Shown piece after piece: positions 47,735 to 58,375 of a stretch of 64,000 nt of DNA. Location of the stretch: the NCBI GenBank assembly GCA_965220065.1, contig OZ244804.1:4554431-4618430 (forward strand), in the 5' to 3' direction. Both the position numbers and the translations under genes were made by a program. How positions within the stretch are numbered: the first letter of the stretch is position 1; each line of letters opens with the position of its first letter. Source of the stretch: Candidatus Poribacteria bacterium. Its GTDB lineage: Bacteria; Poribacteria; WGA-4E; WGA-3G. The notes under the pieces are model-generated. The model saw nothing but the letters and a program-made list of their open reading frames with translations, was not told the DNA's origin and searched no databases.

Positions 47735-49483
47735 TTGAGTATTGTTGTTCATGTGACACACGAAGCCATCCAAAAAATGGGCGGCATCGGAGCAGTTTTA
47801 GAAGGGTTACTGACAACCCGTAGTTACAACGAAGCGGTTGAACGCACCTTTCTCGTCGGGCCTCTCTTTCCTGGTGCCGACTTGGGAGAATTGGATACCG
47901 TGCTGTATCGCGCAAGTGAAGGGATAACAGACACGCCCCACGCAAAAACTCTCAGTGAGATTGAGCAGATTTATCATGTAGAAATCGTTTACGGACAGCG
48001 AGAGTTTGTAGATAAAAATAAGAACGTTACGACCCTCACGGATGTCGTCTTGGTGAACGTATCAAATAGCAATGAAGCTCAGACGAGCGAATTTAAATGG
48101 CATCTCTATGAGCATTTTGCTATCGAATCAAGTCGGTACGAGAGTGAATGGGAATATGAAGAATACGTCCGTCTTGCCGAACCCGCGTATGATGCGTTGC
48201 GTGTCCTCATCGGTGGAAAGACAAAGACGCCGGTATTCATCATTTCGCATGAATTCATGGGGATGCCGCTTGCACTCAAAACACTAATTGAACGCAAGAA
48301 CAACGAAGACGCCGTGAACATGCGCACCGTCTTCTATGCCCATGAAGTGGCAACGATACGTCCCATTGTTGAGGGGCATCCCGGACATGATATACGCTTT
48401 TACAACGTATTGGAGCAGGCAAAAGCGAAAGGAGAATCGATCCGTGAGGTGTTCGACGATCCGTTTTGGTATTTCAAGCACGCCTTGATTGATAAAGCAC
48501 ATCTCTGTGATACAATCTTCGCAGTCGGGGATCTGGTTGTAGATGAGTTGCGGTTCTTGGCAAAGCCGTTTGAGGAGTTCCCAATTAACCTCGTCTACAA
48601 CGGTATTCCAGCGTTTAAGGTGAGCCTACAGGAAAAATTAACGTCAAAGGCACTGCTCCAAAAATACGCAAAAACACTTCTGGATTATCGTCCCGATTAC
48701 ATCTTCACACATGTAACGCGGCTCGTCAAAAGTAAAGGATTGTGGCGAGATTTACAGGTGCTTATGCACTTGGACGATCTACTCGCTTCCAATGATAGAA
48801 CAGCCGTGTTGTTTATTCTCTCCACAGAGATTGCGACAGGCCGTCCCCACGAAAGTATTCACGAGATGGAGGAGGCGTATGGCTGGCCCGTGCACCACAA
48901 AATCGGTTATCCTGATCTCGTTGGTGCGGAAATCGAACTGAACAACGGTGTCTCTGCCTTTAATCTACAGTCTAAGGCGATCAAGGTCGTTTTTGTCAAT
49001 CAGTTCGGATGGAGTCAAGCCGCTTGCGGGAAACGGATGCCGATAGAGATGGAATTTATGGACATTCGCAAGGGGAGTGATGCCGAATTCGGGCAGTCTA
49101 TTTACGAACCGTTCGGGATTGCGCAGGTAGAGCCGCTGAGTTTCGGCGCGATCTGCGTCGTCAGCAATGTATGTGGGTGTTGCGGGTTCATTCAACGTGC
49201 TACCGATGACCGTGATGTCCCAAATATTGTTATTGCGGACTATACGCAGTTGAATATTCCTCCGAAGTCGTTAGAAGATGTAATTCATATCGGGTTGGCG
49301 GAACGGAATGCGATTGAGATGGAGAATAGCAGAGACATCGCAGCGAAACTCTTGGGACGCTTACCTCGCAAACCCCGTGATGTAGAAGATATGCTTCGAG
49401 AAGGTTACGATATTGCTTCCCGCATGAGTTGGGAAGTCGTTGTTAAGGATTATTTCCTGCCTGGATTGGAAAAGGCACTTTAA
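47735..49483 (+). CDS. GT3-like (eukaryotic/archaeal-type) glycogen synthase glycosyltransferase. The GT3 assignment is inference.
   Basis: N-terminal HVTHEAIQKMGGIGAVLEGL resembles the GT3 nucleotide-sugar motif (EVANKVGGIYTV) and not the GlgA KTGGL motif. 582 aa. Sits inside the glycogen cluster. Confidence 0.6.
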   Translation: MSIVVHVTHEAIQKMGGIGAVLEGLLTTRSYNEAVERTFLVGPLFPGADLGELDTVLYRASEGITDTPHAKTLSEIEQIYHVEIVYGQREFVDKNKNVTTLTDVVLVNVSNSNEAQTSEFKWHLYEHFAIESSRYESEWEYEEYVRLAEPAYDALRVLIGGKTKTPVFIISHEFMGMPLALKTLIERKNNEDAVNMRTVFYAHEVATIRPIVEGHPGHDIRFYNVLEQAKAKGESIREVFDDPFWYFKHALIDKAHLCDTIFAVGDLVVDELRFLAKPFEEFPINLVYNGIPAFKVSLQEKLTSKALLQKYAKTLLDYRPDYIFTHVTRLVKSKGLWRDLQVLMHLDDLLASNDRTAVLFILSTEIATGRPHESIHEMEEAYGWPVHHKIGYPDLVGAEIELNNGVSAFNLQSKAIKVVFVNQFGWSQAACGKRMPIEMEFMDIRKGSDAEFGQSIYEPFGIAQVEPLSFGAICVVSNVCGCCGFIQRATDDRDVPNIVIADYTQLNIPPKSLEDVIHIGLAERNAIEMENSRDIAAKLLGRLPRKPRDVEDMLREGYDIASRMSWEVVVKDYFLPGLEKAL

Positions 49484-49496
49484 GGAGAAGAAGTCA

Positions 49497-50336
49497 ATGT
49501 CAAATCAAACTCCTGTGGACGCACCGGTGCTAATGACACCTGAGCAAAAATTTTTCTTCGATCTCCGCGGTTGGATTCTGTTACCGTCAGTATTATCTGA
49601 GCCAGAAATTGAAGAGATGAAAGCAGAGGTCTATGACGGTGCGAAACAGAGTTATCAAGGGGCACTCCAAACGCTCCTCGACCATCCCGCAATCGTAGGC
49701 ATCCTGAATGAGATTCTATCCGAAGATCCTTTTGTGATGGATGATTGCTATGGATTTCGGTGTGAAGGCTCGTTCACGACTGTGAGATCCCCGGGTTGGG
49801 GTGTGTCGGAACGTGGCGATAACGGTCTGCCGCACGTTGTGCGTCCACCGCAGCAGGCAAATGCGATGCGGTATCAGGTCGCTGGTGGGAAGATTTTCGC
49901 AGGGTTAACGCGCGTCGTCTGGGAATTGGAGGAGGTCAAGTCAGGACAAGGTGCTACCTCTTTTCTCAGTGGTTCACACAAAGCGCACTTCAATTACGGA
50001 GGTCCTGACCGGTATCGTCCGAATATTAGTGAGTCACCGTGGGAAGCGAATATGCGCGAGGTGATGGATGATTATAGTTGCCCACCCGGTTCTGTTGTCA
50101 TTTTTACTGAGAGCCTCGTCCATGCGGCGAATGATTGGACGAATCCATCGAACCCTCGATGTGCGGTCTTCAATTGTTATAACTCCATCTGGGCACAATG
50201 GCATCGACTTAACCTGAGCCACGAGATTATTGAAACGATGCCACCGAGGCGGCAGTCATTGTTCCGAGGCACATGGGCAATTGGTGGCGGTCCCGGTGGA
50301 AACCGTGCGTATTCGTTGGATAATAATACCACGTGA
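49497..50336 (+). CDS. Phytanoyl-CoA dioxygenase-like Fe(II)/2OG oxygenase (second copy in the window).
   Basis: RBS aaggagaagaagtcaATG. LMTPEQKFFFDLRGWILLPSVLS is the typical PhyH N-terminus. The longer ORF-track start is rejected. Confidence 0.6.
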   Translation: MSNQTPVDAPVLMTPEQKFFFDLRGWILLPSVLSEPEIEEMKAEVYDGAKQSYQGALQTLLDHPAIVGILNEILSEDPFVMDDCYGFRCEGSFTTVRSPGWGVSERGDNGLPHVVRPPQQANAMRYQVAGGKIFAGLTRVVWELEEVKSGQGATSFLSGSHKAHFNYGGPDRYRPNISESPWEANMREVMDDYSCPPGSVVIFTESLVHAANDWTNPSNPRCAVFNCYNSIWAQWHRLNLSHEIIETMPPRRQSLFRGTWAIGGGPGGNRAYSLDNNTT

Positions 50337-50372
50337 TGACAAGCGAATTGATGCGGAGGTGTCAGTGGGTTT

Positions 50373-52434
50373 CTAATCTTTTTCCCTAACCGCTAATACC
50401 TGTGCGCTTCGGGCGGGGACATACAGTTGGATGGATTGTGTATGTCCCTCTATGGCTACATCTTGCCATGGATAATGCCTACCCTCTACGGCACCATAGC
50501 CACCGTAAGCGGTATCGTCGGTATTGAGAATAAGGCGATAATCCTTTTTCTGAGGCACGGGGATACGCCAATCTGTGACCGATGCAGTCGGATGGAAGTT
50601 GAAGGCGAAGATAAGTCCACCCCGTTCATAGACGATCTGTTTCGCTGTCCTCGTGAATAAATAAAAGATAGATGTTTTCATCAGAAAGCAGATGGTAAGT
50701 TGCGTCGAGGTGTTGCATGGCGCGATCAAAAGCGTTGAGATGTTGGTAGCGGAGGGTATCATCATCGACGAGATGCCACTGCCTGCGCGCATACCAGTAA
50801 GAATTGTTGTTCCCCGCGCGCGGAAAGTCAATCCACTCAGGGTGTCCAAATTCATTCCCTATGAAGTTGAGGTACCCGTCGCCACCTAAACTAAAGGTCA
50901 GCAATCGGATGAGTTTGTGGAGTGCTGTGCCGCGAGCGATGCGATGGTTTGTTGTGGAGACGCTCATGTTCGTGTAAAGTTCAGTGTCCATGAGTTGCAT
51001 AGCAAGTGTCTTATCGCCAACGATGGCTTGGTCGTGACTCTCGACATAGGCGATGTGTTTCTCGCCGGTCCGGCGGTCACGCAACATGCCGTAAATCTCG
51101 CCGATGTGCCAATCTTCATCTTGTTTCTCTTTCAATAACTGGATCCAATAATCCGGGATGCCCATTGCGAGTCGGTAATCGAAACCGAGTCCGCCTTCCT
51201 CAATGGGACGCGCGAGACCAGGCATTCCACTCATATCTTCAGCAATTGAAATTGAGGTAGAGTTGACGGCGTGAAGGACCTCGTTTGCTAACATTAGATA
51301 GGCAATAGCGTCGAGTTCAACTCGATCATCGAAATAGTCCGCGTAACCATCGAAGTTCCGATTTAACCCGTGGTCGCTATAGAGCATGCTTGTGATGCCG
51401 TCAAATCTGAATCCGTCAAACCGATAGGTCTCCAGCCAATAACGAATATTGCTAAGAAGAAAGCGTTGCACTTCGTATTTGCTGTAATCAAAACAACGCG
51501 AATCCCATGCGATATGCTCACCTTTCTCACCAGCGTGAAAATAGTGGTATGCTGTGCCGTCAAAGCAATTCAATCCTTCATTCAGGTTTTTGACGGCATG
51601 GCTGTGTACCAGGTCCATGATAACCAAGATCCCCATACCGTGTGCGGTATCAATGAGTGCTTTGAGTTCTTCCGGTGTCCCGAAACGACTTGAGACGGCG
51701 AAGAAATTGCTTACGTGGTATCCGAAACTCGCATAATAGGGATGTTCCATGACCGCCATCAGTTGCACGGCGTTATAGCCCAAATTTGCAATTCGGGGTA
51801 GCACATTTTGCGTGAACTCATCGAACGTTCCCACCTTTTCCGCTTCCTGCGCCATACCGACGTGTGCCTCGTAGATCCGTAAGCCCTCGGTGCCAACATC
51901 CAAACGAGGGACGCGATGTTTCCACTGATATGGGAACGGTGATGCCCAATACTGTCCGGTGAAATCGGCGTCCCCTTCCTGAACAACACGTTGAATATAT
52001 GCTGGAATCCGATCGAGTCCACCGAGTTCTGATACAACATGCACCTTGACTCGGCTTCCGTGTGTAAGTCGATCGGCGTAGTCTCTATCGGGCAGGAAGA
52101 TATGCCATACACCACGATCATCGACAGACATCGGGTGTGCCCCGCGATCCCAGTCGTTAAAGTCGCCGATAAGAGCAAGGGTGTGTGCCTCGGGTGCCCA
52201 TTCGCGATACCAAACCCCGGTCTCACCGTCATTTTCCCCGCGATTGAGGCCGAAATATTGATGTCCCCGGCTGATCTCGCCTAAGATACCACCGGTTTTC
52301 TCAATCTCTGTCTTGAAACGTTGATAGTGTATGAACCGCTCGCGAAGTTGTGCTGTATACGGCTTTAGTAGAGGGTCTGCCTTGATGAGGGCGGTGCCAT
52401 CAACCGTTTTTGACATGGAATGTTGTTTCTTCAT
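50373..52434 (-). pseudogene. glgB: 1,4-alpha-glucan branching enzyme glgB interrupted by a single-base frameshift near 50640..50660. Either a pseudogene or a sequencing error.
   Basis: ORF 50626..52434 encodes the GlgB N-terminal/CBM48 and GH13 catalytic regions (RFDGFRFDGITSMLY; ...IHEDSETDRL then stop). ORF 50373..50855 in the +1 frame continues with the GlgB C-terminal beta-domain (LIFAFNFHP..YRIPVP..ILNTD..). The two frames align to a single GlgB; the junction is in gaaacagatcgtctatgaacgggg. Confidence 0.8.
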
Positions 52435-52739
52435 TCTTTAATTATACCTTGCGGTTCGGTCAGGGGTTTAGCATTTAACCTTCTTTTTTGTATATCCGCC
52501 TGCGTGTTTTTGCGAATCAACGCTGAATGCGCGTGTGGCATTCATCGGGGTGTTTCTGCGTATTGTTGCAGGCTAACGGTAATGGGTCCATAATTGGAGG
52601 AGCCTGTTGTGCTCGCGAATTCCTACTTAACCAGAAACCTGCGCGTAAGCGTAGCGGAGCGCAGTCCAAGAGCCTATCAATTAAGAATTTAGCACAAGAC
52701 GGCTTGCAATGCAAGTCGGATGTATGCTACTCTGTGGGC

Positions 52740-53804
52740 ATGCGAATTCCCTTCTATCCAACAACAATATATTTCATATTGATGGTGCTGCTGATATGGC
52801 ACACTTTAGAAGCTACGGCGGTTGAGGACCTGTTTGAAATTCGGGTGTTTGATGGTCACGTAGAAGTGATACGACCCTATAGGCTGGTTTCTGGGAAACG
52901 CTACCGACTTCAGGCGGTCTCCGCGGATAAGAAAGTGCTTACGGCACAGTGGTTCCTCGCCGGGAATTTAGGTGGCGTTACGACAGATAATCAACCAATG
53001 CTAACGGCTGTTTTTGTAGGGGAAGGAGATCTTATCTGTCGTGTGAACGGGGTGGAACAGCGTGTAAGGTTAAGCGTCATTCCAGCAACACGCACCATCG
53101 GAAGCCGTGGTGGAACACTCAAGAGTCCAGCAGGCGTGGAAATCATACTGCCCGAAGGCGCGCTCACAATCGAAAAACAAATTGGGATAGAAATTGTAGC
53201 ATCACCCGGGTTACCGCCAACAGCCCGGCAGTTCATCCGTGTCATTCAAATCTCACCCGCGCGACTTGTCCTGAAACGACCAACACAGCTTACGTTTCTC
53301 TTTCGAGAGGATGCGTTTCGAGATGCAAAACCACAACTCTATTTTTGGGAGGTGTTTGGGAAACGGTGGATACCCTTGCGAAGTCGCGTGAACGCTATTC
53401 AGGGGAGTGTGACCGCTTCTATTAACCACTTCGGTATTTATACATTGATGGTGCTTCCTCCCGCAGATTTGGAACGCACCGATCGGCTACAGATCCAGAA
53501 CGTCAAGCTTTCGCCGCGTGTATTTTTCGCACCCGATAGGAATCGACTGACGATAGTGTATCAACTCAATGCCCCGGATGTGGGACAAGCGTTTGTAACG
53601 ATGGATATCTTCGATCTTCGGGGGAGACGGGTCCGACGACTTCTTGAGGACGCTCCGCACTACATCGGTCCTCACGTTGCACAGTGGGATGGATTGGCAG
53701 ATGATGGGGTACTTGTCCGTAATGGACGCTATTTTCTTGTAATTCGTGCCAGGATAGGTTCACAGCGCACAGCATACCGGAAGTTAGTCGTGGTTTTTAA
53801 ATAG
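52740..53804 (+). CDS. Hypothetical secreted protein with a FlgD-Ig/T9SS-like C-terminal beta-sandwich.
   Basis: Start at MRIPFYPTTIYFILMVLLIW (the 52527 start lacks a signal). C-terminus ...IFDLRGRRVRRLL...WDGLADDGVLVRNGRYFLVIRA resembles FlgD-Ig-like sorting domains. Confidence 0.5.
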   Translation: MRIPFYPTTIYFILMVLLIWHTLEATAVEDLFEIRVFDGHVEVIRPYRLVSGKRYRLQAVSADKKVLTAQWFLAGNLGGVTTDNQPMLTAVFVGEGDLICRVNGVEQRVRLSVIPATRTIGSRGGTLKSPAGVEIILPEGALTIEKQIGIEIVASPGLPPTARQFIRVIQISPARLVLKRPTQLTFLFREDAFRDAKPQLYFWEVFGKRWIPLRSRVNAIQGSVTASINHFGIYTLMVLPPADLERTDRLQIQNVKLSPRVFFAPDRNRLTIVYQLNAPDVGQAFVTMDIFDLRGRRVRRLLEDAPHYIGPHVAQWDGLADDGVLVRNGRYFLVIRARIGSQRTAYRKLVVVFK

Positions 53805-53812
53805 TAATCCAT

Positions 53813-54649
53813 CTATTTCAATGAAAACAACTTTTCAATTTCCACCGACATATCCTTCCTATTGAGAGTTGAGAGCCTTTGAAACGCTGCGTCGGTAAGC
53901 TGCGCAAAAAGTTGATCGATTTCTGTATACAATTCGGATGTACCCTCTGTTATATCAGTGTCTGTAGGAGTATCAAGGTCAACCGTATACTCGGTTCCAT
54001 AAGTATCAGTGATATGGACGACCCCTCGTCTTCCGCCTTCTGGGAATACCAATGAACCATCCGCTTCTAAGATCCATTGATCTTCCCCTCTGGTTCCAGC
54101 AGACCCAATTCCAAAGCGCATTGTCGGAAGTTTTTGCCTCGGACGAAACGGTAAGTTTTTGACTTCTCGAATATATATCTCAACACTGTTTTTGGTGAGA
54201 CGTTTTGTGAGCGTGTCAAGATGCGAGATTATTGACGCTCTGCTACTGGGGGGCAAATCTGCTAACTTGGTTTTCGCTATCAGTGCAAGGATACCGAAGT
54301 GTCGTATATATGGCTCTACATCAGTGTCAGTCGTAAGAGAACCATGACCGATGAACAGCACCGGATTGTCCCGATATAAGGTCATACTATGTGCTTTGAG
54401 TTCAAGCCGCTCGCGTTCAGGTAACGCGTATCCTGTTTGGTCTAAAGTCTTGAGTTCTATCGAATGAATAAGTTCTGAAAAGGATTTTTGCTCCGCTGCC
54501 GTGAGCCTTCCTGAATACTTGTAGAGAGGTGCGAAAAGTTCTCGGGTTTTTGCATAGTTGGCTTGGCGTTGGGTGTACCAGTAGAAAACCCCCGCACATA
54601 AAAGTGCAATGCCAAGTATACCTATAAAAAAGATCCGTTTTCTGCTCAT
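53813..54649 (-). CDS. Hypothetical membrane-anchored protein.
   Basis: N-terminal TM IFFIGILGIALLCAGVFYWY. No motif. Convergent with gene 52740..53804. Confidence 0.45.
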   Translation of the reverse strand: MSRKRIFFIGILGIALLCAGVFYWYTQRQANYAKTRELFAPLYKYSGRLTAAEQKSFSELIHSIELKTLDQTGYALPERERLELKAHSMTLYRDNPVLFIGHGSLTTDTDVEPYIRHFGILALIAKTKLADLPPSSRASIISHLDTLTKRLTKNSVEIYIREVKNLPFRPRQKLPTMRFGIGSAGTRGEDQWILEADGSLVFPEGGRRGVVHITDTYGTEYTVDLDTPTDTDITEGTSELYTEIDQLFAQLTDAAFQRLSTLNRKDMSVEIEKLFSLK

Positions 54650-54921
54650 ATGTTTATTTTTTCCTCATATAATAACCTAAATTGCCACTTTTGTAGCATA
54701 GTCTGTTGGATTGGGTTTCCCGTGAATCCGCAAACCAACAAGTTGCGCTACGAAACCCCCACGGATAATGAACGACCTTGAATAAAAAGCGAGGTCTGCC
54801 TATCTAAAGTCTCATGCGTGGGAGTTTGAGTCATAATAGTATATTTCGTCTAAAAATTCAAACTTATTTCTTATTTAACATAATGGATGGACACCACAAG
54901 TATATCGTTCCTCAAAGTCAT

Positions 54922-54988
54922 AGAAAAAAAGAACTCTCTTTGGTACAGGTTCTGAATACTCCATTATACCTTAGAGAGTTCTCTTTTC
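54922..54988 (-). terminator. Possible terminator of gene 55112..56218: a 13-bp-stem hairpin followed on the minus strand by a T7 run.
   Basis: aagaactctct ... agagagttctt inverted repeat with an unusually long 27-nt loop. gaaaaaaag on the plus strand equals a T-run after the hairpin on the minus strand. Confidence 0.3.
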
Positions 54989-55111
54989 GTTTCCACAGTG
55001 TTTTATTTTATACCGGATTTATCTGAGTTTATTGCGTGCCAAATGCCGGACGTACATTCGACACGCTAACATCTCTGTTTGAAACTGCCGCGTCCGTTTT
55101 CTGAGATGACA

Positions 55112-56218
55112 TCAGTTGTTTGACTCTTCCCAACGTGCATATCTCTGAAGCGTTCGGATGTCAATATCTAACGATTCAGCCGCCTCACGGAGCGAGCCGT
55201 ATTGCTCTACACGCTTTCGGGCAACTGCGCTTAAAATCTGATGTTGGTTCATGTTTCTTATGTTGAGAAACTCCCCTTTTCCGCTCATCCCGGGTATGCC
55301 TGGAACCTGCAAACCACCGCAAGGTGCCGAAGACTGCGTCGAGAGTTCATGCATCATTGTGTGTTGAGTTTCCGGATGCAGTGTTTCCCATATTGCGTTT
55401 TGTGTCTCCGGCGGCAGTGTCTGCCATATAGAGGTAAGAGTTGCGATAAACTCTGGATAGATATCCGGAAAATCTTTGGTTTCCAGTTTGTCGGTTGTTG
55501 CGAGTGCGACAGCCGCTTGAATGGTGCTCCTCAACTGACGAATGTTCCCGGGCCACGCCGCCTGCTCAAGACGAGTCAGTGCCTCCGGCGTAATCCCTGT
55601 AATATTTTTCCTATATTCAGCACTGAACTCATTAATAAAAGTTGCGACTAAGGGCGCGATGTCCTCTGGACGCTCGCGTAGCGGTGGGAGGTGAAACATC
55701 ATTCCCTTGAGACGGTAATAGAGATCCTCTCTGAACTCCTTTTCCGCAACGGCATTCTCAATGTCTCGATTCGTTGCGGTGATGATATGAACATCTACCG
55801 CCAACTGTTCGTTCCCACCGAGGCGTGTGAATGTGGCTGTATCCAAGACGCGGAGTAGCATTTTCTGTGCGTCCAAAGACATTTCAGGGACTTCATCGAG
55901 AAAGAGGATACCCCCATTTGCCATTTCAAACGCCCCTCGCCGCTGTCGGATTGCGCTTGTGAACGCTCCGGCTTCGTGTCCGAAGAGTTCACTTTGCAAG
56001 AGTTCAGCGGAGAAGCGTCCACAGTTGATGGCAATAAACGGTTTATCTCGTCGGGGACTGGTTTCGTGAATGTATCTTGCGATGCCTTCCTTACCGACAC
56101 CAGTTTCGCCAGTAATGAAGAATGGAATGTTTGATTTTACTATCTCCTGAGTTGTTTTGTAAATCGTCTGCATCTGTGCCGATGGCAGTTGTATGAAGAT
56201 TGACTGCCGGTTCATCAT
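55112..56218 (-). CDS. Sigma-54-interaction-domain AAA+ transcriptional activator lacking an N-terminal sensor/receiver domain, with a variant GAFTSA motif and C-terminal Fis-type HTH.
   Basis: Walker A GETGVGKE. GHEAGAFTSA in place of the GAFTGA signature. Walker B GGILFLDEV. R-finger region. HTH SLREAAESLDIDIRTLQRYA. Confidence 0.8.
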   Translation of the reverse strand: MMNRQSIFIQLPSAQMQTIYKTTQEIVKSNIPFFITGETGVGKEGIARYIHETSPRRDKPFIAINCGRFSAELLQSELFGHEAGAFTSAIRQRRGAFEMANGGILFLDEVPEMSLDAQKMLLRVLDTATFTRLGGNEQLAVDVHIITATNRDIENAVAEKEFREDLYYRLKGMMFHLPPLRERPEDIAPLVATFINEFSAEYRKNITGITPEALTRLEQAAWPGNIRQLRSTIQAAVALATTDKLETKDFPDIYPEFIATLTSIWQTLPPETQNAIWETLHPETQHTMMHELSTQSSAPCGGLQVPGIPGMSGKGEFLNIRNMNQHQILSAVARKRVEQYGSLREAAESLDIDIRTLQRYARWEESNN

Positions 56219-56533
56219 GTGCTCCTTAAAGTATATTGTAAATTAGGACGAAGAATATATTTAAGTTTGGGCAGTTTTAGTCCCTAAAAGCGAATCGCAG
56301 CACAGTGCGTCATTACCATGTGCAATCCTTATTTGGCTCATAGGGAAAATAACTGCGCGGTCCAAAACCGGTTTTCCATAGCACATTGTGGTTTTTTTTC
56401 GTTAACGCCAGATTCAATTTTTAGTTTACCTCATATCCGTGATTTTGTAGTAGATAGGAACAGCGAGTGTTTTAGACGCGCATATATTGTCTGTATTCTA
56501 AAGGAAACTTGTATGTTATTTTCCAAACTGACT

Positions 56534-57628
56534 TTAGTCGTTCGGTTCCTTCCATTGTGCGTATCTCTGTAGCGTTCGGATGTCAATATCTAACGATTTA
56601 GCTGCCTCGCGTAGGGACGGATACTCCTTAATGCGCCTCTGGGCAACTGCGCGTAGGATTTGATTCTGGTTCATATCCCTTATATTGAGAAATTCTCCTT
56701 CTTCAACCATGTGTGGAATATGAAAGTTACGCCAAGATTCTGTCGCCTGTCTTGGAAGTTCGTGCCCAATTGTGTGTTGTATCTCTAAAGGGAGTGTTTC
56801 CCATATCGCTTGGCGCGTCTCCAACGGGAGTGCTTGCCATATAGAGATGAGTGCTTGGGCAAGTTCTGAATACAGATCCAAAAAATCTTTAGGTTCAAGT
56901 TGGTCGGTTGTTGTGAGTGCGACAGCCGCTTGAATGGTGCTCCTCAACTGACGGATGTTCCCGGGCCATGCCGCCTGCTCAAGACGAGTCAGTGCTTCTG
57001 GCGTAATCCCAGTAATGTTTTTTTCGTATTCAGTACTGAATTCACTAATAAAGGTTGCGACTAAAGGTGCGATGTCCTCTGGACGCTCGCGTAGCGGTGG
57101 GATATGAAACATCATCCCTTTGAGACGATAGTAGAGATCCTCTCTGAACTCCTTTTCCGCAACGGCTTTCTCAATGTCTCGATTCGTCGCGGCGATGATG
57201 TGGACATCCACCGTTAACTGTTCATTCCCACCGAGGCGTGTGAATGTGGCTGTATCCAAGACGCGGAGTAGCATTTTCTGTGCGTCCAAAGACATTTCAG
57301 GGACTTCATCGAGAAAGAGGATGCCCCCATTTGCCATTTCAAACGCACCTTGTCGCTGTCGGATTGCGCTTGTGAACGCTCCGGCTTCGTGTCCAAAGAG
57401 TTCGCTTTGCAGGAGTTCAGCGGAAAATCGTCCACAGTTGATGGCAATGAACGGTTTATCTCGTCGGGGACTGGTTTCGTGAATGTATCTTGCGATGCCT
57501 TCCTTACCGACACCGGTTTCGCCAGTAATGAAAAACGGGATATTTGATTGGACAACTTGCTGAATTGTTTTATAAATCGTCTGCATCGGTGCCGATGGCA
57601 GTTGGATAAATACCGATTGTTGTTGCAT
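56534..57628 (-). CDS. Tandem paralog of the sigma-54-type AAA+ activator (same architecture, GAFTSA).
   Basis: AAA core nearly identical to 55112..56218 (GETGVGKE, GAFTSA, GGILFLDEV). Divergent linker. HTH SLREAAKSLDIDIRTLQRYA. Confidence 0.8.
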   Translation of the reverse strand: MQQQSVFIQLPSAPMQTIYKTIQQVVQSNIPFFITGETGVGKEGIARYIHETSPRRDKPFIAINCGRFSAELLQSELFGHEAGAFTSAIRQRQGAFEMANGGILFLDEVPEMSLDAQKMLLRVLDTATFTRLGGNEQLTVDVHIIAATNRDIEKAVAEKEFREDLYYRLKGMMFHIPPLRERPEDIAPLVATFISEFSTEYEKNITGITPEALTRLEQAAWPGNIRQLRSTIQAAVALTTTDQLEPKDFLDLYSELAQALISIWQALPLETRQAIWETLPLEIQHTIGHELPRQATESWRNFHIPHMVEEGEFLNIRDMNQNQILRAVAQRRIKEYPSLREAAKSLDIDIRTLQRYAQWKEPND

Positions 57629-58241
57629 AGTGGCTCCTTTAACCCAGAAGCAATCGTTCTTAATTTATTAAGCAAATTTCGTGCCAATTCTTTTGATAAA
57701 ATACGGTGTTCTATGCTAAAATTCTAAACATATTATTCATCAGGATACCTCCACGAACACAGGTAGGGATTGGGTTTGTAAAAGAAAACAGATCTGTCCG
57801 ATTTTCCTTTAAGAAACTCTGTAGTTGCGCGAATATGAGCCATTTGGAAGCCTTTTTTTGTCATTGAGGCACAAAAATTGAGGGATTCGGTGCAGAAATT
57901 GTTTAGTTCTCAATTTCTTCAAAAGATGTCATGTTATAGCGTAAAAGGCGCACAATTTCCTATTAAAACTCTGATTACCCACTTAAACTGATAAAGCGGA
58001 TTGCGTTGTTGGAAACCATATCAGGACGACTCTATTTTTCAATGTAAACTATTAATTTTTATTGTCTCATTATAGATTAATGGTAAGAAAGTGGGAATAA
58101 ATCAAGATGAACGCAATGTCATCCAATCGAGTACAGCAGGTTTTGCAGGATATGACACATTTTATGCATTGAAAAATACTATTTTTGTGTATTAATGATA
58201 GAGAGTAGCATGCAACAGGTCCTGTTCCTTTCATTTAAGTA

Positions 58242-58286
58242 GGGCTTACGCACTGTAGCATAAACTGTCAGTTTGCGTAAGTCCTG
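58242..58286. repeat. Palindromic promoter-region unit: cttacgca / tgcgtaag arms flanking GTAGCATAAACTGTCAGTTTGCG, about 90 bp upstream of gene 58376.
   Basis: gggcttacgcactgtagcataaactgtcagtttgcgtaagtcctg. Same core as 2166..2190, 2200..2224 (reverse) and 27118..27142. Related arms at 27096 and 27203. Confidence 0.5.
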
Positions 58287-58375
58287 TTAAGATAGTATTT
58301 TAGAAATGATAACGGAACGTCTACATCCCATTCGGTAAATCTGGTGATTGCTTAGGGGGGAATGGATAAATATCT

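Noticed and set aside
50373-50855. 160-aa ORF as an independent gene.
   Set aside because: Its first approx 60 codons are out-of-frame nonsense. Only its distal part matches the GlgB C-terminus, so it is merged into the frameshifted glgB.
56219-56533. Search for sigma-54 -24/-12 (GG-N10-GC) promoters near the bEBP genes, and CRISPR/tRNA scans of all intergenic regions.
   Set aside because: No convincing TGGCAC-N5-TTGCW match. No regularly spaced direct repeats and no tRNA-like T-arm signature (GGTTCGAATCC) were found.
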